This document shows, one piece after another, positions 21,401-31,406 of a stretch of DNA of 64,000 nucleotides. Source of the stretch: Macrostomum lignano. Lineage: Eukaryota. The stretch lies in the NCBI GenBank assembly GCA_002269645.1, contig NIVC01003099.1:55487-119486 (forward strand). The letters are read 5' to 3'. Position 1 is the first letter of the stretch. Each line of letters begins with the position of its first letter. The position numbers and the translations under genes were made by a program. The notes beneath the pieces are model-generated. The model searched no databases and was not told the DNA's origin. It was given only the letters and a program-made list of their open reading frames with translations.

Positions 21401-24057
21401 ATTCCCTAATCACTCCAAGATCCCCAATTTGTGGAATAAAGTCGCTTCCAGATCCCCAATTTGGGATAGAGTCACTCCCGGATCCCCAATTTGGGATAGA
21501 GTCACTCCCTGATCCCCAATTTGGGATAGAGTCACTCCCGGATCCCCAATTTGGGATAGAGTCACTCCCGGATCCCCAATTTGGGATAGAGTCACTCCCT
21601 GATCCCCAATTTGGGATAGAGTCACTCCCGGATCCCCAATTTGGGATAGAGTCACTCCCGGATCCCCAATTTGGGATAGAGTCACTCCCGGATCCCCAAT
21701 TTGGGATAGAGTCACTCCCAGATCCCCAATTTGGGATAGAGTCACTCCCTGATCCCCAATTTGGAATAGAGTCACTCCCTGATCCCCAATTTGGGATAGA
21801 GTCACTCCCGGATCCCCAATTTGGGATAGAGTCACTCAAGGATCCCCAAGTTGGGATAGAGTCACTCAAGGATCCCCAAGTTGGGATAGAGTCACTCAAG
21901 GATCCCCAAGTTGGGATAGAGTCACTCAAGGATCCCCAAGTTGGGATAGAGTCACTCAAGGATCCCCAAGTTGGGATAGAGTCACTCAAGGATCCCCAAG
22001 TTGGGATAGAGTCACTCAAGGATCCCCAAGTTGGGATAGAGTCACTCAAGGATCCCCAAGTTGGGATAGAGTCACTCAAGGATCCCCAAGTTGGGATAGA
22101 GTCACTCAAGGATCCCCAAGTTGGGATAGAGTCACTCAAGGATCCCCAAGTTGGGATAGAGTCACTCAAGGATCCCCAAGTTGGGATAGAGTCACTCCCG
22201 GATCCCCAATTTGGGATAGAGTCACTCAAGGATCCCCAAGTTGGGATAGAGTCACTCAAGGATCCCCAAGTTGGGATAGAGTCACTCAAGGATCCCCAAG
22301 TTGGGATAGAGTCACTCAAGGATCCCCAAGTTGGGATAGAGTCACTCAAGGATCCCCAAATTGGGATAGAGTCACTCAAGGATCCCCAATTTGGGAGTGA
22401 GTCACTCCCTGATGGCCTGATCCCCAATTTGGGAAAGAATCGCTCCCAGATCCCCTGTTTGGGATAAAGTCACTCCCAAATCCCAAATTTGTGGGATAAA
22501 GTCACTCCCAGATCCCCAGTTGGTGAGATAAAGATCCCCAATTTCCAGGGATATCCCAAATCCATTTCACATCCCATATCCCACAGCTTAACCCTCAACC
22601 TCACCTCTCGGTTCCCCAGCTTCAACTCACTGGAGCTGTCAGCGGCAGCTCAGACTGCTCACACGGAGGCCTACTTAGCGGACCCGCTGAAGTTCCTACG
22701 CGGCTGGTACGATCGGCAGGGACTCGAGGCGCCTAGCTTCAAAGTCGAAGCTCCAACCAGCAGCGGCGAAGTGGACGAAATCGACGTACGCGCCGGTCGA
22801 CTCCTCTGCTGCCGACTTGAACTGCCCGTCGACGGCCCCGACGGTCGGCCAGAAACCGCCGAGGCGCCGATGCCGCCGGGCACACGAAAACGCGACGCCA
22901 TCGCAGCCTGCGCTCTGGCCGCCTGCCAACTGCTGGATCGAATGGGCGAACTGGACGCCGATGCTGGCAGCGGGTCGGCCGGCAGCAGCCGGGAGCGTCG
23001 ACTTCGCCAGCTGGCCGAAAACGACTTCTACGAGGAGGACGAGGACGCCTACCTGGACCGCACTGGCCAGTTGGAGGCGAAACGGCGAGCGCGGATGGCT
23101 GCCGCCGCTGCTGCCGCTGAAGGTGCTTCGAAGGCGCCGTCGGGTTCTACGGCGGTGACCTTCGACCAGCTGACGGCGCGTTGCCAGGCGCTGGACTCGG
23201 AGATCGCCGATCTGGAAGCTCAGTTAGAAGCCGCCGCGGCTGAGTCTGCCAGCCGGAAGAAGTCGCAGCAGCAGCAACAACAGCAAGCAAATTCAAGTTC
23301 CAACCAGCTGGACGAGCTGGAAGAGTACATGCGCACTATTAAATCTGGCGGGCTGGATCAGCGAACTCGAACTCAAATGCGATTGAGACTCATGGCGGCT
23401 AAGAAGGAGGCGGCGCTGGCGCACCGGATGCTGGAGAAGGCTCGCCCAGCTGATCTGTCCAGTGTCGGTGCGGCGACGAAAGCTCGAGAGCAGCGTCGGA
23501 TTCCAATGACGGCGCCAACGAGTCAGGTGAAGCAGCCCGAGATGCAGGCATTCACCGGGGAGGAAGTTGAGTCGGATGAGCAGCCGGTTGTGAAAGATGA
23601 TGCTGAGAATGCTGCTCAACACTCTGATTGTAAAGTTGATGAAGACATGCCGCAGGCGGAACAGCCGCTAGAAGCGCCGACTGCAACAGCAGAGTCCGGC
23701 TCAGCCAAGGTTGAGAAGTTTGCTCCGATTCGTCTGCAGGCGTCTGCAAAGACAAGCTCGTTAGCAGCAGCAACAAAGAAGCCTGGCAGTGCCGCTACAA
23801 AGATTGCCCGTCCAGCCTGGCTTGATGAGGCTGACGAGACTCCAGCGCCTGTCGCAGAGTCGTCTTTGGCGGCAAATTCGAAGAAACGAAAGAGGAAAAA
23901 TCCGCCGCCACCGCCGCCGCCTCCGTCCCGGCCTCATCAGCTCGATGACGTCACCGGAGGCTATGACGCAACAGATCCAGACTATGCCCTGTGGTTGCCG
24001 CCCTCTGATCAAACTGGTGACGGATCCACTGCTCTCAATGAAAAACTGGGATATTGA
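18449..24057 (+). CDS. SLC4A1AP: Kanadaptin (SLC4A1 adaptor protein; FHA + dsRBD-like + coiled coil); exons 18449-18930, 19345-19632, 20379-20540, 22620-24057
   Basis: FHA domain (IGRQSDCDLRLEHPSLSR|HHAVMQY ... YLIDLGSTHGT), CTWGFAEDA, YLADPLKFLRGWYDRQG ... CRLELPVD, DFYEEDEDAYLDRTG, and C-terminal WLPPSDQTGDGSTALNEKLGY. All three introns are GT-AG and phase 2. Confidence 0.93.
18955..19330. repeat. About 20-bp minisatellite in SLC4A1AP intron 1
   Basis: Unit GATAATCCACTATGAGAATT and variants. Confidence 0.85.
19780..20205. repeat. Degenerate T-rich repeat of about 30 bp in SLC4A1AP intron 2
   Basis: Recurring GGTTTTTTGTTTATCT(A/G)AT...ATATTTT. Confidence 0.7.
20575..20985 (+). repeat. 28-bp minisatellite (family A), about 14 copies
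   Basis: Unit GCTGGGCCAGCCTCCCAGATCCTCAGTT in SLC4A1AP intron 3. Confidence 0.92.
21410..22550. repeat. 30-bp minisatellite, about 36 copies, in two variant blocks
   Basis: GATCCCCAATTTGGGATAGAGTCACTCCCG, then GATCCCCAAGTTGGGATAGAGTCACTCAAG. Explains ORFs 21223-22467 and 21399-22427. Confidence 0.95.
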
Positions 24058-24084
24058 CGCTGGGATATGGCCACAGATATCCCT

Positions 24085-25125
24085 GTCTTACAAATCCTCA
24101 AATATCCAAATCTTACAAATCCTCAAAATATCCTAATCTTGTAGATACTCAAATATTCCAATCTTACAAATCCTAAAAATATCCCAATCTTGTAGATCCT
24201 CAAATATTCCAATCTTACAAATCCTCAAAATATCCCAATCTTGTAGATGCTCAAAATATCCAAATCTTGTAGATCCTCAAATATCCCAATATTGTAGATG
24301 CTCAAAATATCCCAATCTTGTAGATCCTCAAATATCCCAATATTGTAGATCCTCAAAATATCCCAATCTTGTAGATCCTCAAATATTCCAATCTTACAAA
24401 TCCTAAAAATATCCCAATCTTGTAGATCCTCAAATATTCCAATCTTACAAATCCTCAAAATATCCCAATCTTGTAGATGCTCAAAATATCCCAATCTTGT
24501 AGATCCTCAAATATCCCAATATTGTAGATCCTCAAAATATCCCAATCTTGTAGATCCTCAAATATCCAAATCTTACAAATCCTCAAAATATCCCAATCTT
24601 GTAGATCCTCAAATATTCCAATCTTACAAATCCTAAAAATATCCCAGTCTTGTAGATCCTCAAATATTGCAATCTTACAAATCCTTAAAATATCCCAATC
24701 TTGTAGATCCTCAAATATCCCAATCTTGTAGATCCTCAAATATCCCAATCTTGTAGATCCTCAAAATATCCCAATCTTGTAGATCCTCAAATATCCCAAT
24801 CTTGTAGATCCTCAAATATCCCAATCTTGTAGATCCTCAAATATCCCAATCTTGCAGATCCTCAAATATCCCAATCTTGTAGATCCTCAAAATATCCCAA
24901 TCTTGTAGATCCTCAAATATCCCAATCTTGTAGATCCTCAAATATCCCAATCTTGTAGATCCTCAAATATCCCAATCTTGTAGATCCTCAAATATTATAA
25001 TCTTACAAATCCTCAAATATCCCAATCTTGTAGTTCCTCAAATATCCCAATCTTATAGATCCTCAAAATATCCCAATCTTATAGATCCTCAAAATATCCC
25101 AATCCTAAAGATCCTCAAATATTCC
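24085..25125. repeat. 25/26-bp minisatellite just 3' of the SLC4A1AP stop codon
   Basis: Unit AAATATCCCAATCTTGTAGATCCTC, about 40 copies. Confidence 0.92.
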
Positions 25126-25639
25126 ATTGCCTAAGGTCCTCAGAGGGGAGTTAATATTTTGTATTTAGTAATTCTTAGTTTTACTTTAGGCAGTCGTTAA
25201 CTTATATTGCCTTCCTAATTTGTACTTTTAGATTTCTATTCTCGCTGTTCAACTTCAAAGTTGCTTTTTGCAGTTAATAAATATAATTATTCGTAATAAA
25301 AAATGTTGAAATTCAGCAATCTTAATTTTGTGCATTTCCTGCATAAAATGCGAGTTATATCTGATCACTTGTATTTAAATTTGGAAATCAATGAGTTTAA
25401 ACTTAAAGTCTAACATTGAAAAAAATATTCTAATCGGGTATTACGTCAAATTAAGAAAACAATATATAGTATTCTGCTACATATCTAGTACTTGGTTAGT
25501 AGTTATTGCCAGCGATTTATTGTGATGAAAGGGTCTGACATTGCATTAATTATAGATTATAAATGATTTAATAATCATTTTATGATTTAAGAAGATCAGG
25601 CTGATGTTCAAGCAATACTGGCTTTTGTAAGACGCACCC

Positions 25640-26535
25640 ACTCAAATGAAATGGTGCAACCTCAATTCAACTGGCGCCCCCTCAAATAAAATGGCGTCCC
25701 TCCCTCTACTAAAAATGGCGCCTCATTCAAATAAAATAGCGCCCTTACTCAAATGAAATGGCGCCCCCACTCAAATGAAATGGCGCCCCCACTCAAATAA
25801 AATGGCGCCCCCACTCAAATGAAATGGCGCCCCCACTTAAATGAAATGGCGTCCCTCCCTCTACTAAAAATGGCGCCCCCTCTCAAATAAAATGGCGTCC
25901 ATCCCTCCACCAAAAATGGCGCCCATACTCAAATAAAATGGCGTCCCTCCCTCTACTAAAAATGGCGCCCCTCTCAAATAAAATGGCGCCCCCACTTAAA
26001 TAAAATGACGCCCCCTCTTAAATAAAATGGCGTCCCTCCCTCTACTAAAAATAGCGCCCCATTCAAATAAAATGGCGCCCCCACTCAAATAAAATGGCGT
26101 CCCTCCCTCTACTAAAAATGGCGCCCCTCTCAAATAAAATGGCGCCCCCACTTAAATAAAATGGCGCCCCCTCTTAAATAAAATGGCGTCCCTCCCTCTA
26201 CTAAAAATAGCGCCCCATTCAAATAAAATGGCGCCCCCACTCAAATAAAATGGCGCCCCCACTCAAATAAAATAGCGCCCCCTCTCAAAAATAATGGCGC
26301 CCCCACTTAAAAAAAGGCGCCCCCTCTCAAATTAAATGGCGTCCCTCCCTCCACCAAAAATGGCGCCCATACTCAAAAAAATGGCGTCCCTCCCTCTACT
26401 AAAAATGGCGCCCCCACTCAAATAAAATGGCGCCCCCACTTAAATAAAATGGCGCCCCTTCAATTTAAATGGTGCCCCCTTAAATGAAATGGCGCCCCCA
26501 CGCTAAAAAGGCGCCACCTCAAATGAAGTGGCGCA
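25640..26535. repeat. About 22-bp composite minisatellite rich in AAAATGGCG
   Basis: Units AAATAAAATGGCGCCCCCACTC and AAAATGGCGTCCCTCCCTCTACT. Confidence 0.88.
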
Positions 26536-26540
26536 TAAAA

Positions 26541-27897
26541 CTAGGAACAAAATTGGTAATAATTCCGCAGCTTCGTCACTGTCTGCAGTTTGTGCCGGCT
26601 AGCCAGATGCTGCACTATGCCACCCAGTGTGCCCCTGTAGCCATTGTGGCAAAGCTGGCATTGCACCTCCCGCTCTGGGCAACTGTTCAGATGGTTGCGA
26701 CGGTCTCGCCTGAGACACTCCAGGCCGCAGTGGGGGCACTGGAATGGCGATTGAGAGATTATCTGCTCCAGAGTGCGGCTGCGGTGGCACCAGAACACGC
26801 GGGATTGGCAGCTTCTCACTGGGCACCTGCATTTGGATTGAGTGGCTGAGTCTTGTAGTGATGGGACTGTTCACCTCCTACAGATCCTCGAGGTCTTGAA
26901 AGCCAGGTCATAGACTTGTTTAGGAGGATTCTAGATCCTATAGGGGAGATTCTACATGTAGATTTCTATAGGGGAGATTCTAGATTTTTATAGGGCATAT
27001 TCTAGATTTCTATAGGGGAGATTCTAGATTTCTATAGGGGAGATTCTAGATTCCTATAGGGCATATTCTAGATTTCTATAGGGGAGATTCTAAATTCCTA
27101 TAGGGGAGATTCTACATGTAGATTTCTATAGGGGAGATTCTAGATTCCTATAGGGCATATTCTAGATTTCTATAGGGGAGATTCTAGATTCCTATAGGGC
27201 ATATTCTAGATTTCTATAGGGGAGATTCTAAATCTTATTGGGGAGATTTTAGATTCTATCGCGGGGATTCTAGATCCTATAGGGGAGATTCTAAATCCTG
27301 TAGGGGAGATTCTAGATCCTATAGGGGAGATTCTAGATTCTATAGCGGAGATTCTAGATCCTATAGGGGAGATTCTAAATCCTGTAGGGGAGATTCTAGA
27401 TCCTATAGGGGAGATTCTAGATCCTATAGGTGAGATTCTAGATCCTTTAGGCGAGATTCTAGATCCTTCATAGGGAAATTTTAGATTCCATAGGAGATTC
27501 TACATGTAGATCCTCTAGGGAGATTCTAGCTCCTATAGGGGAGATTCTAGATCCTTCATGGGGAGATTTTAGATTTTATAGCGGGGATTCTAGATCCTCT
27601 AGGGGATCGAGATTCTAGATTATATAGAGGAGATTCTAGCTTCTATAAGAGAGATTCTAGATGCTATAGTAGGATTCTAAATTCTTAACAAAAGAAACAA
27701 TTATAAATCTCAGGTAAGGAGTTAAGATCCCTCCCGTCTCAGCAGTACCTTCGCAACAGGCCGCGACCATTCGGGTTCCTCACACAGGTGCCGCACAAAA
27801 CCCTGTGGCAGCAGTCGGTTTCGAATACCGCCTTGCTAGGCAGCTGGTCGCAACAGGCGCACTTTAACAGTTTGTTGTCAATTGTCGTTGACGACAT
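26541..27897 (-). CDS. Small RING finger + SIAH/TRAF-type zinc-finger protein, about 144 aa; exons 27897-27749 and 26826-26541
   Basis: Exon 1: MSSTTIDNKLLKCACCDQLPSKAVFETDCCHRVLCGTCVRNPNGRGLLR. Phase-2 intron AG|GTACTG ... AAATGCAG|G. Exon 2: RCPVRSC...RTLEQIISQSPFQCPHCGLECLRRDRRNHLNSCPEREVQCQLCHNGYRGTLGGIVQHLASRHK, which parallels the SIAH RING-ZnF layout. The 3' end is uncertain. Confidence 0.75.
26925..27680. repeat. About 22-bp minisatellite filling the RING-gene intron
   Basis: Unit GGGGAGATTCTAGAT(T/C)CTATA. Confidence 0.88.
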
Positions 27898-28329
27898 TTT
27901 TCAAGATATGGCAGCTAAATGCTGGAGTTTAAGATTGCTTGCTGTTTGCCTGGGCTAAATTTGCGTTTGCATTTTTATGCTGGCTGCATTGAATGAGCCT
28001 GCTTGAAGACATTTTATTTCTCTCTCTGTGTACCCTTTTCTGCAAATACAGACAGGCTGAGTGTGTGAGCACAAGCCTACGAATAGCACTTAGTGAGCAT
28101 AAATGTTCAGTGTTTAAGTGTACAGCCGCTAGCTTATTTGAATGGCTCTCTTTCTTAGAATTTAATTCTCCAGCTCTATCTTAGTTAATCACATGTTGCT
28201 GCATTAGCAGTCTCCGTTTACGGTGAATTGTGAATTGTGACACATCACGGGCTCACAGGCTAAAAGATAAACATGGAGAGGTGGACAGATAGACATTGGG
28301 AGGGAGGGCCGGATGCGAAGGCATAGTCA

Positions 28330-28397
28330 TCAAGACAGACAAACAGACAGACAGACAGACAGCAGGACAGACAGACAGATAGACAGACAGACAGCAG

Positions 28398-28444
<47 letters not shown>

Positions 28445-28445
28445 G

Positions 28446-28536
<91 letters not shown>

Positions 28537-28537
28537 G

Positions 28538-28575
<38 letters not shown>

Positions 28576-28576
28576 T
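28330..28576. repeat. (GACA)n tetranucleotide microsatellite
   Basis: About 60 copies with few interruptions. Confidence 0.95.
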
Positions 28577-30194
28577 GCATTAAGTTTCAAACTAAAGTAA
28601 CAAAGCACTGCAAACGCCCTTCGGAATGGATCTGCACAAGCCGGCAGGCCGCTTAACCAGAGAGGCCGAGTCTCAAAAGGGAATAAATTTTATTTATTCA
28701 ATCAAAGCTTTGTTGAAACGACAAAGACAGCAAAAAGCACATTCATTTTTTTAAAAACTCTACAATTTGTGTTTCAGTCGAATAATAGGAAAAACAAGGA
28801 CTAAAAAACTTCTGCAGTGCACTCTGTACTTTAGCCAGTGGTATTAACAATAAACATTCTTGTATCTCTGAACGGGTTACAATTAAGGTACGTTAAGTAC
28901 TTTTTATTCACTTTTATAACGTACAAAACTGAGCAGCAAGCTTTGACCTATATAACTAAAACAAAAGCAGTGAAAAAAATTAACAAGAACAATATTAACA
29001 TTTAAAGCAACACTAAAGGTTTATGTTCAAAAAATGTTTTGTTTGTTAAACTGAATAAGGAACAGGGTGGATATTTTTTAATTACAATCATTCGAACTTA
29101 TTTTACAATTAATACAGATGAGCGTTATACTACTCGTAGCCAAGACCGCTACAAGTAGTAAAGGTGATATTTTCTGCAAAAGTTCATCCACAGTTATGAA
29201 TGGTCTAATTGGTTTTATTGTGCAAACAACAAGCTAATTTTATTTAAACTGTACAACACAACTGACAAAAAAATTACCGAAGGAATGATATTCTAAGAAA
29301 ACAATAAAAAACGAATTTTTTGGCTTAAAAACAGATGCTATTCAATAGACGAAGACAGCTAACAAAACAAAACAAATTAACAATAACAACATATAAGAAA
29401 TATTAATCAAATTTTATGTAAGCTTCATAAAGGTACAGAGAAATGCTCCTTTGTTGAAAGCAAACTGCCAAGTGGAAAATTTTTATGTTGGGTTCAGGTC
29501 TCAGCGTCTCACTCCATAGAAATTGATTGTACTTTTAAAGCCTCAGTTTATTGAGAATGAATGAATGACAATTTGATCGTTAATCTTCGTTAAGTACTTT
29601 TGAAATTCACTTCTACGAATCGATTTGACTTTAACAGTAAATTTTTGCTTAAATTTTAAACTACTTTTATTTAACAAACTTTATTTTTTTGCAAGTGATA
29701 ATCAACTGTAACTTAACTTAATCTCTTTTTAGAATAGACTGTGTACTTTTATTCAATGGCCAACTTCTTACATTAATTAGACTTTTTTATTTGAATTGCT
29801 CTTCTAAAAATCAGCGTCCTCTTTTAAAGTGCAATCGGGTCACTTCGAGTCTCTCCCGAAAAAATGTGTTGTACTTTTATGATGTCACTATTAATATTCA
29901 ATTGTATTTTTAGATTATTATGATTTTAGTATATTGGATTATATGCTTTAAATTGATTGCAATTTCATAGGGTCTAAAGAGTGAATTATATTGAAGTATT
30001 ACTTCAAGCTATAATTGAAGTCTAAAGAGTGAAGCTATGAAATTGCAATGTACTTTTAGACTCTTAACCAACCTTTGAATTGGTTGTACTTTTTTGAGTC
30101 TAAAAATCTATCAACCAATTGGTACATTTCTGAGTCGGGAAAATATTTCCTACCGCGCTATGAAAATATTTTTAGGTTGATAATATAATTTCTG

Positions 30195-31364
30195 TCAGTA
30201 CTCCCCGCCGCTGCTGAAATCTCCCTCATCCTCTGCGTCGATCAGCATGGCGCCGCCGCCAGCATCAGAGTCGGCTTCGTCTTCGACGTCAATTTGGATT
30301 TGCCGTTCCTGATCGGCGGCTGTCGCGTCGCGTTGGACGTCACGAATTCCTGCAAACTGCCGCTGATGCTGCTCGAGGTGACTCAATGTGACGTTTGAGT
30401 CCTCTGGGATGGTAACAAACGGAGTGATAGATCAACGCTCAGATCACTGAGCCTCATCAGCTGTTTGTGATCTCACTAAAATCAACTAACTGCGCATCGT
30501 TGTGATTGACACTCGCAAGGTCGCTCTTTTCTATCTGCTAACTTCATTTGTTCATTATATGGCTTTTATATTGCTCATTGTCATTCTCTCTTCACTCTCT
30601 CTGTCACTCTTCGGTCAGCACTCTGTCACTCTTCCACGCACTCTTTTTGTCCCTCTGCCTATCACTGTCTCTACCTATCACTCTATCTGTCACTCTGCTT
30701 ATCACTCTGTCACTCTGCCTATCACTCTATCTGTCACTCTGCCTGTCACTTTATCTGTCACTCTGCCTATCACTCTATTTTTCTTAATTTATTTATGTCA
30801 CACTCCCCCGTCACTCACCCGCTGTTCCACCCGAGCCGGTCACTCCGGTCATCGAACCCACAGTCGACGCCGCCATCCACAGCTGCTGCTGCTGCTGCTG
30901 CTGTTTCTGCTGCAGCTTGAGTCCCAGGCCAGCCACCGCCGAAGAAGGCGCGGCTGTCGCGGCCGGCGCCGCTGCTGCAGCACTGGGGGAGCTCTTGCCC
31001 CGACCTTTCACCAGGTCTTTGTACTCGGACACGCGCAGCTTTCGGCCGTCCAATATGCAGGTGCGCTTCGGCCTGGGTCGGTAGCGATAATCCGGATGCT
31101 GCTCCATGTGCACCCGCGACAACCGCGACTGCTCCTCGTAGAATGGCTGCTTCTCCTCGGCTGTCATGGCCTTCCACTTGGCCCCGAGAATCTTCGAGAT
31201 GCTGGAGTTGTGCATGTCCGGGCAGGCCTTGAGAATCTTGCGCCGCTCCTCCCGGGCCCACACCATGAAGGCGTTCATCGGGCGCTTGACGTGATGGCTG
31301 CCGCGGCTCGACTGGGACTGCTGGTTGCCGGGCTTGCTTGATGCCAGCTTGCGGGGAGTCTGTG

Positions 31365-31406
<42 letters not shown>

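Noticed and set aside
21223-22467. 414-aa repetitive ORF contiguous with SLC4A1AP
   Set aside because: It is a 30-bp minisatellite inside intron 3. The true exon begins at the acceptor at 22619/22620.
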